This document shows, in pieces, positions 22,800 to 36,700 of a stretch of DNA of 64,000 bases (position 1 is the stretch's first letter; each line of letters starts with the position of its first letter). The translations under genes were made by a program, and so were the position numbers. The DNA is taken from assembly GCA_003971905.1 (NCBI GenBank), contig RSEE01000065.1, positions 186,001 through 250,000 on the forward strand. Direction: 5' to 3'. The notes under the pieces were generated by a model. It was not told the origin of the DNA. It worked only from the letters and a program-made list of their open reading frames with translations, and did no database searches. The stretch comes from Moniliella sp. 'wahieum'. Its lineage: Eukaryota.

Positions 22800-24831
22800 A
22801 TTTTTTTTTGTTGCATTTATATTGTACCTTTTTTTTGCGGTAGCGAGCTTACGGTCCTGCCTCCTTGGGGTGCTTGGATCGGTGCCAGATGGCACGACGA
22901 AGCGAAACCAAGGAGGGCAGGGCCTGGACAATTTCTCTGTTGGCATTCATCGGTCCCGGTGTTGGTCCCCGGAGCTGACGCTTCTTCGTTCGTTCCAATG
23001 TACCATGACGCACGAAGGAAGGAAAGAGAGTAGCTTTGATCAATGTAGGGGGGAGATGCTGGTGGATTCGATGGATCTCTGCACCTCAGTTCAGTCAGGC
23101 CCAGCCACGTCGCTGTCATGGGGGATGCGGGCTGCTGCGCGCTTGACGCACGGTCTGAGGAGAAACAGTGCTATGGTTTCCAGGCCTGTTGTGACCAGGC
23201 GGAGGGGGGCTACCACAGCTTCTCTCTCTTTAGCACTCAGCTTTCCATCCTTTTGTTGGGTGATCCAACACCTCGTCTCTCAGGGCGGCGCGGCCTGAAA
23301 AAAAATAAAGGACGCCTGTCGGGTCGAACGACGCAGGGGTCGAACTGCAACCTCCTGATTACAACCAGTCGTATCAGACGCGCTACATTGCGCCAGCCGT
23401 CCTTGTATGCCGATGAAGTGGACACGGCCATGAGAGGTGGACCTTGCATTAAAACCAACGTTAGTTTATCTGGCTCAGCTTTCTCTTTTTAGCTTCTGCG
23501 CTCATGCATGACTACCCCAACGCCAATACCAACCACGCGATCGCTACAGGCGCCGCAAGCAATACTTTAGAATCCAGCCTGGGCATGACACAACACCGAG
23601 TAGAGAGGTAGGTTGAGAGGAGAGAGAGAGAGGGAGAGAGAGAAGAGATGAGGAAAAAAGAGGCGCAGGCAGGGGCAGGACGATCGGCAGTCGGTAGGAA
23701 TGGCGTGACGGTGTCCGGCCACTAACCCCAGAGGCGCGATTGACCTCATCAAGTCTGTGTTGGGAAGGGAACGGGTTGTACATCCGGGCCTCTTCGATCA
23801 ACGGTTCCAAGTTGCGTTCCTGCACTGCCGTGCGCACACACGCCTGTACGAAGCAAACAGTTTTGTTGCAATCGTCAAACTTGGCTTTCGTTGGCGCGTT
23901 TGGCCGCGGCAGCGGGCGCGCTGGTGGGCAAGTGGGCGTAGCTGGCTTGTCGCTGGCGTGGGTGGATTCCCCCACGGCTCTGCACCTTCCTCGGTGCGAG
24001 ACCAAGTGTTCAGCCAGCTGCGTTTCGCCTGCCCCGCCAGCTCTGGCTCGTCCTCTGGTCCGTTTTCCCCTCCCGACCGGACCGCCTTGTCATCCCAAGG
24101 TACTCTTCGAACCAGAGGTTGAAGCACGTGTCCGTACGAGTGCTTCAAAGGCGTGCACTTGGCCTCCATCGACGGCATCCGGCCCAGTCCCGTCACGCCT
24201 TCGGCATCTGCCATGGGCGGCGAGGGCACGCGGGGGGTTTTTTCCGACACCATCTGCGCACCTGGGGTCAGCACGCTGGCTTCAAACTGGACCCACCGGA
24301 CAGGCGGGGGCTCAGCAAGGAGCCAAAGAGAGGAGGCAACAGGTACCACTCATCGTAGGTCCGAGAGAACCGGGTGATGACATCCTCGTCGGCACCCGAC
24401 ACCTGGTCGCTTGATGGGGGAGGGGGGGGGAGTACGGACCGAGAAGGAAGGCAGGCAGGAGTGCAGAGGAAAGAGATCGCTGGGAAGGAAGATGCGGCCC
24501 CCAGTGACTAGCGAGTGAGTGACTGGGTGCGGCTGCTTTTTCCCCAATGGACTGTCGCCCGTATCCGCCCCGCTCCTTCCGCCTCGGCCACTTGCCTGCT
24601 CGTCCCGCCGACGGCTACAATTGCGAGGCTATCATTGGGCTTCGTATTCATCAGAGCGCCTTCTGCCAGGGCGGTGGCCAGGCAGTGCGCTGCCGCCGCC
24701 GGCGTCAGTGGGTAACTGGCAGCTGGGCAGCGAGCGTCTGTTTCTGCCTCCACCGTGTTCCAAGGTTCAACAAGTTCGTATCACAAAGAGCGTGTCAACG
24801 CGACAGAAGAAAGAGGTAGAGCAAAACAGGG

Positions 24832-27210
24832 TTACGCTGCAGTTCCCATTAAGGAAGAGGATATGAAGTGAAAGTGGAACCGCAAGAGGTCTCTTTTAAT
24901 ACTGGTACTCATACTGCGGTGTGTACGAGCCATGGTAGCCTTCGCCGTGGTACTCTCTGCGATAGCCAGCCTCGCGCCCCTTGCGCGTTGCCTCCCCTCC
25001 TCCAAGCGGTAGTCATCGGCAAAAGTACGGTCCACATATGGCTCGGGGAACTTTGGAGGCGGCGATTGGTAGTCCTCTTCATCCTCGGGAGCAATCTTAA
25101 CCACCCCTCGTTCCGGTCGCTTGCCCGACGTTGCTGCCTCGGTTGAAGCATACGTCGGCCCCGCCTCCTCCTCCAAGTTGACGGGGTAGTCGTCATCATC
25201 AATCGTTGCCTCGATCGAGTCCATGATACCAGGGTAGACCACACGCCAAGCATCATGAGCAAAGAGAAAGTCAAGGTGCTCGTAGCCATCCAGCTCGACG
25301 CAGTGCAGCACATCCACGTTCCGCTCGTACGTCAACAGCCGATCCGCCAGTGGTTTGCCAATCACCAACATGTCTACACTCCCGTAGAACATACTGTGGG
25401 GCGGGAAGGAAGGAGGGAACCACGGCACCTCCGAACGCGGGTCAAAGATGCAGCCCCGATGCGCCAGGCGGCCATGTACCAGTACAGCAATTCACTCGAC
25501 GTTGCCACCGCTGCGGTACGGAACACCTTGGGAATTTGCCGCTTGGGCGTGAGGCGCATGTTGAAGTTAAACATAAACGCAAACAGGGCGGCGGCAATGT
25601 GGCCAAACAGCCAGGTAGGGAGAACGCGTGTGAAACAGCCCAATTGCGGGAATGTAGACCTTAACCCCAAAGGCAAGGGACCACCATTGTCGAGACCGGA
25701 AACGACGCATCAGACTGAATGGGAACCTCCGCAGCACGGGGCCGGCGTAAACAGATGGACCAAGCGCGACAAAGACACTGAGCCTCTCCCCAAGCTCTGG
25801 CACCAGTCCGGGAGAAAGAGCGGGCGTACATCGATCCTGAGCCTTGAGAGTGGCCAATGTAGGCCAGCCGCGGGAAGCCCGTTACCTCACAGACAAACTC
25901 GACCACGTCCTTGAGGTCCAACGCAAGTTCCTTGAGCCCAAATGCCCAGAAGCGGGGGTCGTCTCTTCCGAAATGAGTGTGGCCAGCGCCGTAATTGGAA
26001 CGAATGTTGGTGAGCCACACGTCGTAGCCCTGGTCGACCAACCAAAAGGCAAGGCTTCGCTCCTCGCACACAACAAAATGCGACGAGTTACACAAGATGC
26101 CATGCTGGCAGACAACAGGGTACCCCGGTCCTCCCCGGCGACGTGGATCGCTAATCCGATGTGCCTTGAGGATCCATCCGCCCTCGGTTACAATCTCATA
26201 CTCGTCGCAAACGTATCCCCAGAACTAGAAAAGTGTCAGATCGGAACCATCTCGCATGTCGGAAAAGGAGACGTACCTCAGCGTAATACTGCACACGTGC
26301 ACTGCCGCGTTCTCCCGTGATACGCGTTTCGTACTCTCGGTCGGCACGGGAGCGGGGCGGACGTTTCCAAAGGGGTTCATCGCATGGGCTACTGAGACGA
26401 AGAGAACGGCGCTCAAGACACCAAAAGTGAGCAAGAAGGAAAAGAACTGACGCATTGCCAGTTGAACCTTTTCCGTAGGACCAAACTCCCCATAGCGCTG
26501 AACAACATGATCAAAGAAGGGCATCTCGAGTGGCTCTTCGTGCATAAAGTCTTGCCAGGTAGGGTCAAAGAACGGCTCCTGGTAGTCGCCCGGGTGCCCC
26601 ACCACCCCGGCGAGTGCATCCGCATCGGTGGGCATGTGCTCGACGGAGAAGGGGTGCCCACGGTCCGCCTGGCGCGACGAGGCGCGATGGACGAGCGCCG
26701 GTCGAGGCTGTTGGAGCAGGCCGGTGGCCACCGCCTGTTGATGGGAAGGCTCGGCAAAATGAGTGCCGGCGGGAGCCTCGGGAAGGGAGCAGTATTGTCT
26801 TGCTGGGTGAAACCATCGTAGGCATCGTTCGGGTTGACACCGGATGCATGCAGGACGGCGCGGCTAGCCGGCCGGCTGGCTGGGACGCTGCCCACGTCTT
26901 CGTACTGCGACTCGCGATCCGACTCTTCGACATCGTGGATGGGTGCCGAGGTTCTGTGCGGCGGGGGTCAAGGAGACGGGGTGGGCCGGATGGGCTGGAA
27001 CGGTGGGGTCGTGGATGGCGGCACCGAGGGGGGCGCTGTCGGTCAAGGAAGGGGTGCCGGTGTGCGTGGTGGAGCTCATGTCGTCGGTCTCGGTGGGCGT
27101 GTCGAGGTCGCTGGCGGCGGTGGTGGCCAGCGGGGGGCGCAGGTCGGGAGGGGCGTAGGGGGCGCCTGCCCCTGGCCGCGCGAGCGGGAGGGGTAGGCCG
27201 GGATGGACAT
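24832..27210 (-). CDS. Alpha/beta-hydrolase lipase / sterol esterase (Tgl1/Yeh-like)
   Basis: 'SLAFWLVDQGYDVWLTN', nucleophile motif 'YIGHSQG', catalytic His 'YEHLDF' and an N-terminal hydrophobic segment. Both ends are approximate. Confidence 0.85.
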
Positions 27211-27859
27211 GGCGGCGGCGCGTGGATGGTGGGGGCGGGGCAGACGGCTGGATGCGGCGGGGGCAGCCGCTCTCAAGTACGATGGCCGCGGCGGGCTGCG
27301 TCCGGAGTGTGAGTTCCCAGCGCCCCGCCGCCCACACTCGCCGGCTGCTGCGCCGGCCACGGGGGCAGTGCGCAGCACAAGCCCCAATTGCGGGAACAAA
27401 GCCAACCGCGCGTCCCTCACCGATGGGTGCTGCTGCAACGCATGACGGCGGATGCATGATGCAGGCAGGGGGGATGCGTGAGCGCCCAAAGCGACGGCGA
27501 GGGCCGACTGGCCCCGTGGCCTGCTTTTTTTTTGAAACGATCGGCGCCCCCACTGCCCCCGGAAGCACACGGGAGCGCCGACGAAACGACGGCCTGCTTG
27601 GAGGGTGGCCACTGGAGAATGACCTCATCGATATTGATATTGATCAGCCACTAGTCGCGTTCGACGTTAGCCAACGCTTGCCGGTTACCCACCCTTCCCC
27701 CCCGCCCGCGCCGCCATGCCCTCAATCATCGCAGGCGTCGATCTGCAGGCGAGCTCCCCTGCTCGCGTCGCCCCACCGTCCCACTGCCCCACTGTCCTGA
27801 GCCATATACTCCAGCCCACGACATAGCCGTGGCAGCCTTGTCCCGCCTATTACCAACTA

Positions 27860-28000
27860 CTGTAGCTATACTGTATTGACAGAAGAGCTTAAGGCTGGTG
27901 GGACAAAGAAACGCTGCGTTCAAACTACAAGCACGCGCCAAGACATATCGCCCGAGAGGAAAACAAGATTGCCACGCCGTCTATCGGTACCTTGGGACGT
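27860..28000 (+). mobile_element. Degraded fragment related to the 5' part of the Helitron-like element at 39788-40350
   Basis: ATTGACAGAAGAGCTTAAGGCTGGTGGGACA...AACGCTGCGTTCAAAC (27876-27925) aligns with the reverse complement of 40281-40326 (ATTGACAGAGCTTAAGGCTGGGACA...AACGCTACGCCTAAAC). Confidence 0.5.
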
Positions 28001-28381
28001 CTAATCTCGGTGGCACAGGTAGGCTGCGCATCGAGGGACAGAGAATGGGGTATGGCATTGACAGGGGCACCAGCGATACCGGCTTGTCACCAGTAGCAGA
28101 TCAAAGAGGGGCAGGGGGAAGAAATAGAATGGGAAGATTCTTCAGTATAGAGAGAAAGAGGGGGAGAAGAGCAAACAGGGAGAGAGAGAAGCAGAACCAG
28201 GGTTGGGATATCTATTGACAACAGTTGGGGGCCTTGGCGCCTTAGCCTTCATTGGAGGCGTAGAAGGCAGCAGAATAGAGTAACTTTTGGTCGTTCTTTT
28301 GGTCTCAAGAGAGAGGCACCAGGATCCCTGCTAACGTTGTTCCATTTCCTTGGTCCCACCCGCGCCGCACCAATCATTCAA

Positions 28382-29982
28382 TCATTGGCGACCGCGGTCA
28401 CCTCGGACAAGAGACACAATGCGGGAAGTACGGCGGGTCGGTTTCGTGTCGACGCTGGATTCCGTCCCGACAGATACGTCTCCCTCCGCGTCGGCGGAGA
28501 TGTGCGTGTGGGAATGAGAGCGAGGGTGCCGGAGTGTTCCCAAGAGGTGCAGTGTCTTGCTCTCACTGGATGAGCGGCGATGAAAGGAGAGCCGCAACTT
28601 GCGCAGATTGCCCGACGTGTGCCGCTTCACAAGCAGCCCATCCGCCTCACTTTCTTGGGTAGGTTTGGCCTGCCCTGATAAGGCGTGATCGAAGGAAACA
28701 CTTGCCTCTCCTTTGGTGGGACTGCCGGTCGTATCGACGCTGCTTGTTTCTGCATTAGTAGAAGGGTGTGCAGCGCGGGCAGTTGCGTTGACCCCCTTAA
28801 ACGCTGAGGGGGGAGGCGGATGTTTAGCCTGTTTAGAGTGTGAGACGGGGGCTTGCTGCGGTCTCCTTGCTTTGGGAGCTGGTCTGATTCTCATTTGGAC
28901 GATGAAGAGAAGAGGAACGAGCCGGCACCAAAGGAGTTGTTACTGCTGCCTCCATAGCATCATCAGGAGTTACCTGCTGCGTTTCTTGCACAGTCGGTTT
29001 CTCGGTAATGGGATGAGAAACGTCCTGAATAGGAGCAGCAGCCTCTTCCGCCGCCTTGACAGAAGCGGGATGCTCAGTTTCATTACATGTGCAGTAGCGT
29101 CTTCCACTGGTTGATCAGACACTTGCTTTTCAACGGCCAAATCCCGTTCCGTAGCCAACGCAGGCACCTCAGGTTCGGCTTCCGGTGCGGGCGTCTTAGG
29201 TTCAGTTTCCACCTCGGTCGTCTCATGTGCCGTTTCCCCACCCGGCGCCTCCTGTGCCCGATCTAGGGTGTCCACCGCCGACTTGGTTTCCACTGCACCC
29301 ACCTGAGGGTCACCCGACTCGGAAGCTGGCTCAGGCGTCTCGTCGGGGTTCATGTTGGCAGGTTCCAGCTTCTGCACCGAGGGGATGCGTTTACCTCCTC
29401 CGCCTCACCCTCGAGAGCCGGGTAGTTGGTGCGGTCGAGTCCCGTTCCTCTTCCTGGGCGTCATGCTGGCTGGACGCTTGGGCCAGATCAGGAACGGCAA
29501 TGGCTCTAGACGGTCCCCTCATCCGGGATCTTGGGTGTGGGTCGGCGATAATACCCATTGACTTGGAGCGGAACTGGGCTGAGGGTAGCCAGCCCGTCCG
29601 AGTTGAGCTGCTGCTTTCTCTTTCCTTGTTTTTCACTGCTGCCTTGCGGTGATCAATTGCGTGCAGAAACACCAAAACAACCAAAACGCATTGCCCTAGA
29701 GCAGCGTAAGAGGTACCAAAATGAGCCAAGTGCTCCGTCGCCAAGGCGGGAGGGAACTTGGCCAAGGGAAGGTCGCATACGACGGGCGATGAGAGAAGCG
29801 CCGCGTCCATCACCATGACTGGCAGCAGGAGCACCTTGGCTCCTTGAGCGTGAACCAAGAGCCCAAGCTTAAGCGCTACTAGCCCCGAGCGCGGCTGGGT
29901 TGGGTGTGGCAGACCGGAGAGCAACGGCGGCGGCCTCGGTAGCGGCCAGGGCCAGTGCCCCAAGCGCGGGCGCAGCAGACAT
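28382..29982 (-). CDS. Hypothetical protein: hydrophobic N-terminus, then an acidic Pro/Glu/Thr-rich tail
   Basis: Consecutive minus-strand ORFs (29391..30197 in part, 28970..29377, 28382..28894) with coding-like composition. ATG at 29982 follows a pyrimidine-rich leader. Possible GTAACT intron donor at ~28972. Confidence 0.5.
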
Positions 29983-30795
29983 GAGCGTGGGTAGGAAGGG
30001 GAGAAGAGGGTGGCGGTGGTGGTGGTGGTGGTGGTAGTGGTAGCGGGGGTTGGCTTGGGGGGGAGGCAGCCAGCTTCCAACGCCCATGCGCGTCTGGGAC
30101 GGGTGGCGCTGATAGGACAGCGGATGGACCGTGTGGTGCTTCTGCGCCGGCACCGCGCTGCCGCCCGTGCACACTGGCGCTGTGCCCGCCTCTGCATGCA
30201 TGTGGGACACAGGGGCTAGGATGGCCGGCCGTGGCTGCCCGCGTGCGCGGCGGCGCTGCGAAGGCGAAGACGATCGCGCAAATCGTATAATTTTGGGGGG
30301 GGTTGCAGAAGCAAGCCAAACAGCGGAGAGAAGTTTTCCCAAGCCAGTTTGTGCCCCTTCGATGCTAGCCAGGCTGCGTGCGTTCTGAGATCTATGATTA
30401 ACAGGCCATCTGTGCTCGTACACCCCCTTCGCACATCTTGCGCAGGCGCTCGCCCACCGCCAAATTCGAAGGTAGAGAGAGTGGAGGAACAGATACCAGA
30501 CATACAAGTTGCTGTGTGGTGTCTATCAATACAGGTCTACCATGGTCAGGCCTCGGGGCACATCTGAAGGCAGGCACAATCTGGGGTGGATTTCAGGCAT
30601 CAAGGCACCGGCTTCAGCTTCAGGGCCGCTTGTCCCTACAGCTTGAGCAGCAACTTGAACGCAGAGACTTCAAAGAGCCATCCGGGCAAAAAGAGGAGAG
30701 CAAAAGAAAGTAGGCAGCAAACGAGAGTGTGTGGGAACATAGAAGGGAGAGAAAAGGGGTTGAGCGCTGATGTTGATGGGCCGGATCCGAGTGGT

Positions 30796-33700
30796 TTAGT
30801 TGCCCAACAAGATTTCCAGCGCCCGCTCTTGACGGTAGTGGCCAGTTCCAGGGCACTGACCACTTGACTCCGACCAAAGCCCATGGCAGCAACCGCTTGA
30901 CGGGGGGAATGTCATCTGCCATGGCAGGCTGTGGGCGCGCGCGGCACGGGCGCTGGCGCCGGCACCGCACTCGCCTTGGCCGGCGCAAACAGTCGTCAAA
31001 CTTAAAGTCTGGCGCTTCCTGAGACGCGTGCGCCGAGAAGGGAGCAGACGAATCAATCCCGCGTTGCCAAACGAATCATCAAAGAGAAGCCAGTGTTCAC
31101 ATCCGGATGGTAGAACGGGTGCGCCTGTGCTACTCGTCGAAATGGGGCCCCAGACGAGCTGCTTTGGTCGGCGGGGGCGGGGGCATACGGCGCGAGTGGA
31201 TCGAGTAGGCGCGGGAGCTGAGGCAGCCGCAACCGGAGCAGCAGCCGCCGTTCCAATGAGGGGCAAAGGTAAAGTCGTTATCAAACGAGTCGGCAAACGT
31301 GCTCTTCGACTGCACCCGGGCGCGTTCGCATGCAGGGAAAGAGTTGTAAAGTCAGCAAACGAGGCCGCAAAGTCGTCCATGGGGCCCAACGCAGCCGCTG
31401 AGGAGGCCGGTGTGGCCGCGGGGGGGGCGAAGCCACTCGCAAAAGGATCTTCCTCAACCTGGACGGAGCAGTCTCCCCGCGTGCCTTGGGAATGGGAGGG
31501 GGAGCCGACGGGACTTGGTCGTGGACGGAGTGCGAACAGTCGATTGAACCGCGGGGGGCTCTGGTTTAGCGGTGGCAGCTGCCACGGGGGCTGCAGCCGT
31601 GACGCCGTCCCAATAGGGGCGAAATCGTCCCCAAATGCAGAGTCAAAGGCAGAGAAGGCAGCCTTTGGAGCCGCGGACGAGGAAGGAGCCTGGACCGGAA
31701 CCTGGGGTTCGTTCAAAGCCAACTTGCTTGTTTCGGTCGTCAGGCCCGAAATTGGATCAACCGAGCTGGTCTGGACGGGGGAGACGGAAGAACCCTGCAC
31801 ATCTCGGGACGCGTCCACTGACGGGGCAGGAAGCACAGCAGCCTTCTCGACCGTCGGCTCAGCAACAACGGGCTTTCGAGAGAGGTCCAGCAATCGCAGG
31901 CCCAGCACCCTCAGGCTCCGCAGCTGCAGACTCAGAAGCCACAGGTGCAGCGAAGGCAGCAGCTGGCGCAGCGACCGCAGGCACGGCAGCCGCATCCCCA
32001 ATGGCTTCCGTCGGCTGTGCAAATCCAGAGGGGAGATGTCTGTTGGCTCCTCCGTGATTGTCTTGTCAACCCGCTCCGATTCGGGCTCAGCTTCACCGTC
32101 GAGCGCATCAACAAAGTAGTCGTCTGCGCTGGACACAGTGTCGCTGCGAGTACCACGACGTGTACTGGGTACCGGGGGAGGCGAGCGGGGCCGGGGCCTG
32201 GGGTGGAATGGGGGCATGGTGCACATTGGGCTCCCTAACGTCGGATACGGGCAGAGCCTCCCCAGCTGCCGCAACAGGGGCAAGACCGAGGCCTGGGCAT
32301 CGCCCGAACGCAACGGCGTCTCTAGCGCGTCCTGGAACCCATCGCCCGGAGTTCCTGAGGCAGAACGAGGCAAATCAAGGCTTGCTTCGTTCTCCGTCTC
32401 ACGCGGGGAGGTAGTCGCCAGGTTCACTGCAGCGGCAGGGGGAGGTGCGAGAGTAGAGTTCACCCTGCAAAGGCTCCACCGCGAGATCAGCAGCAGGGCT
32501 AGCAACAGGCTGAGTGGGCTCAGTGGCATTTTCAACGGCGGGCTCGGAAATGGGCTCCGTGGCAGCTCCGACGCAGGAGTCGCAGTTGAATCACAACATG
32601 GGCCTCCGACTCGGGCTCAGCTGCAATGGGGATATCCCGCTGCGGTTCCGTAGCGATGGGGTCCTCGTTCTTGACCAGATTCGGTTGAGCCACCTCTTCC
32701 GGCTCGGTCAAATCGGACTGTTCGGGCAGCGGATCAGGGTTAGACTTGTGCCCCCAAAAGCGAGTGCCGACACTGGAAATGCGCCGAGCGAGACCCAATC
32801 CGGCAGCGCCGGCTGCCGCAATGCCCAGGCCTAGGTGGGAATGGTGATGGCCGTGCTCCGCTTCTTCCGTCGACGGGAACGCCACCTTCTCCTGTGGCGC
32901 ACTCGCATCGGGGACCTGAGAAGCGGTAGGCACAGCATCCTGCGCAACAGTAGCGGCCTCAGCAGGGGAAGGATGTCCTCAGGGACCGTCAACCCATCCT
33001 GTACGGCAGGCTCGACGGTATGGGTCGCAATGCCTGTGCCCGGAACGTCAGACGTCTTCTGAGCCAACTTGACCTCTGGAGACACCGGAGCGACGGGAGC
33101 AGGACCATCGACCTCTGTAGACACCGGAGCGACGGGAGCAGGACCCTCGACCTCTGTTGACACCGGAGCGACGGGGACAGGACCCTCCGCGCCAGGCACA
33201 TCCGGGATCGCCTCGGTATTGGGGACATCTTCTCCTTCCGGGACAGGAGGGATGACAGGCTCTTGTGTCACTGTCGGCTCAGTAGCTTGGATGTTCCCAC
33301 ACCAATAAGAGGAGAGCTGCTGGTTGCGATTGGCTCCCCCTGCAGGGTAGGTGGTGTGGCTCCGATTCAGCAGCGGCGTGGCTTTTTTGAGTTCATCGGC
33401 ACATGAAGAGGCGCCTCTGCCTCCGACAAGACCTGGGTGGTTGCCTCGGCAGGTAGCTCGCCTTCGGGGGCCTGGGCCGACGTGGGGGCGTGTAGCTGGT
33501 TCAGATGAGCCAGCGCTGCCAGACTTGCCGCGCCAGCAGCGCCCGCGCCAACGGCTACACCGGCGGAAAGGGGTGCTTCCACCTTGAAGCAGGCTCGGTT
33601 GGGAGAGCTGCCGAGGGGGGGGGACCCGCTTCGTCCACCTGTTCGGACTGTGCCACACCTCGGCTTGAGAAGGGAGAAGGTAGGAGGCAGGAATGGGCTC

Positions 33701-36700
33701 AGCCTGGGGCTCAGACACGGGGACTTGGTCGCTTCGTTTGCCAGGCCCAGATACTGCGGTAGGCTCCGCGCAGGAACGACTACATCGCTTGTCAACCCCA
33801 CCTCGTCCGAGTGAGCGCCTGTAGCGAGGTGGCTGGGTCGAACAGGTCCTGCGACGGCTGTGTGGGCTGAGCGTCCGAGTGGAAGATGGATCAGCCACGC
33901 CGAGCGGCTGCGAAGAAGGGATTTGAACCGCGGGCAGGCCGGTCGTGGCACTTGAGAGAGCCCGTGCTTCAGCTTGAGCCGCTTCTGGTCCTGCGAGAGA
34001 GAAGTTGCTCTCTCCTCCCAGCGTGGGAACTGTGTATCATCTTCGTTGAACTCTGTCGGCTGAGATGCAGGCTCAGCAAGATCAGCTGAGGCTCCACATG
34101 GTCAGCAGGAACAGAGGAATGCTCCACAGGCTCCTCTGGAGGGGCCTGGCCCGCACACCAAAGTCCTCTTGGAAGTCAATGGGGGCAGGGGCACGAGGGC
34201 CCTGCTGTACTTCTGAGCTCGGGGAAAAGGCGTGCTCGCTTGCGAGTCCGCTTGAGTTTCGTCCAAGGAGGACGTGGGGTGGAGCTCAGCCTCGCGCGGA
34301 GACGGGTCAGCGTGCGGGAAGATACACCGGAAGGATCGGCGTCGTGCGTGGCTGCAGAAAATGCGGGGATGCGGCCGCACCAGACCAGCACCAACGACCG
34401 CAGGCGCGAGGAAAAGTCATTGTCGAACCCGTGCGCGGCGGGGTGCTTGCTGAGCAACGGGAACATCAACGTTGTCGTCAAAACCGGCAGGGGAAAACTG
34501 GGAGGGTCTCCCGGCAAATCACGAGCCAGGTCCGGCGAAGTAACATTTGTCTGAGATATGGGCTCGGCCAAATTTTTCGTCAAGTTCGAGGGCTTCCGTG
34601 ACTGGCGCGACGGAGTTGGTTCATCCTTACAGCCGACAAGCGCTCCATACTCTCGCCCCACGGGGGGGTCCGAAGCGTCTTTGGGGTCCGACACGAGCTG
34701 AACTGGACAGGGACCGGTGCTGCGATAGGAGCAGGGTCGCGCTTTTCAATCTCTTCCGCCGCTGTGGCGAAATCAGGGGCCGAGGAGATAACATCTGCGA
34801 TATTGGCATCAGGGCCCCATTCGGGCGGCTTAGATGCCTCCTTGGGGTCCGAAACAAGCTGCATCTGAACGGGAACCGGCGCCATATCAGCAGCAGGGTT
34901 GATCGCTTCGATCTGGTCGGCTGCAGTGGCAAAGTCAGGCGCAGAAGCAAGGACGCCTGCCTCTTGCGGAACATTTTCCGGAACAGGCTTAGATGAGACG
35001 TTCTCCCCCCGCACTTGGTTGAGGCGGGTCAAAGCCCGTGGCTTCGTCAAAGGAAAGGCCTTGCCAAATTCAGGAGCCGGCGCTGCTGCGGAAGCAGAAG
35101 CAGGAGCAGGAGCAGGAGCAGGAGCAAATGAGTCGCCAAACGCATCGTCAAACGAAGAGTTGAAGGCTGGCGCGGGCGCAGGGGACGATTCGTGGTGGTG
35201 AGCGAAAGCAGCCGCGCAGCACCCAGGGCCCCACCAGCCAGAGCACCAGTGGCCCAAGGAGAACCGAAGGTGCAGACTGTTGCGGGGGGAAGAAAGCTTG
35301 ATCGAAAGGGTTGGTGCTGCGCTCCGAGGCCACAGGGCTAAAGGCAGCAGGGCAGCAGGGGCAGCAGGGGAGGCCAATTTGGTGTCAGTGGCGGGGAGTC
35401 CGGATGGGCTGCAGGAGCAGCACCGGCAGCACGGTAGCTTCCTCCTGCTTCTTCTGAAGGGCAGCCTCTTCCTCTTGCTTCTTTTGGAGGGCCTCTTCCT
35501 CCTGTTTCTTTTTGAGAGCCTCTTCCTCGGCATGCTTCCGGGCCGCTTCCGCGGCGGCGGTAGCAGCAGCAGCAGCAGCAGCCGCGGCCGCGGCAGCTTC
35601 AGCTTCACGTTTCTTCGCAAGTTCATCTTTCAGTGCCTGGATCTCAGCTTCCAGTGCGGCTGACTTGGACTGAATCTGGCCCACTTGCTCGTTGGCAGCC
35701 TGAATCAAAGACTTGTCCTGCTCCATCTGATGCAGCAGTTCTTCCTTCTCTTGGCGAAGCTGGGTCTGTTCTTGTTCCAATTGAGTCAGTTGGGTCTTGA
35801 GAGCATCCAGTGCCTTGGTCTCTTCCTTGGCTTTGGCCGTCAGCTCGTCAAACGCCTTTTGCTCATCGTCAATCTCCCCCGGCGACATTGAGCCGGGCAC
35901 GCATCTCGGCCACCGCATCTTCGTCCGAGGTAATGCCCTCTTGGATTTTCTGGCGCTCAGCCTGCACTTTTTGCAGCTCCCGCTGAGCCGCCTCGAGGAA
36001 GACGGCACTCGATTCGGCGGGAGGCGCGCGAGACGCCTGCACCCCCCCACGGTTCCTACCGTTGTTGTCGATGCGGCACGGGCAATGGGTTGGGGCGGCA
36101 CCGAACTGGTAACGGTTGGGCTAAGCGGTTGTGAACTGGGAGGGGGGGCATTCAACGCTTGTTGCCGCAACGGTTGAGCCGCGTTCGCCGCGTTCGCCAC
36201 AGCCGGCACGCCCATCGGCGGTGCTGTAGTGACCAAGGACGAGTCAAAAGCAGCATCGAACGCTGAGGGCGGGTAGTGGATCGACGTTTGTCTGGAGCGC
36301 GAGGCGGAGGGCAGAACCGACTCGTCAAAGGCCGTGTCGAAGGGAGTGCTAGCCTGGCTCAAGCGACGGGTTGAAGCAGCACGGCTGAACGCACCCTGCG
36401 TCGAAAAGGGCAGCGCTCCCGCAGTCTGCCCAGCGAAGAAGTCACGCTGCGTATCGCTGGTTTGAGGGTTAATCGGCGAAGGCAGGGGCTTGGCTCCGCA
36501 AACTCGGTGGCACCAACGTCGAAGGGAGCACGTGAGGAACTTCGGTCCCAGCCAAACGACGGTTGATCAAATGCATTGCCACAGCAAATTCGTCCCTTGA
36601 CAGCGACCCCGTTTGGGTCACATCCGCCAAGTCCCTGTGGTTATCGTAATCATCAGTCAGAGATGGGACGCATCGATTGGCGGATGAAAGAAAACGTACC

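Noticed and set aside
28085..28220. TGTCA...TGACA purine-rich segment as a solo LTR
   Set aside because: No TSD and no second copy in the window.
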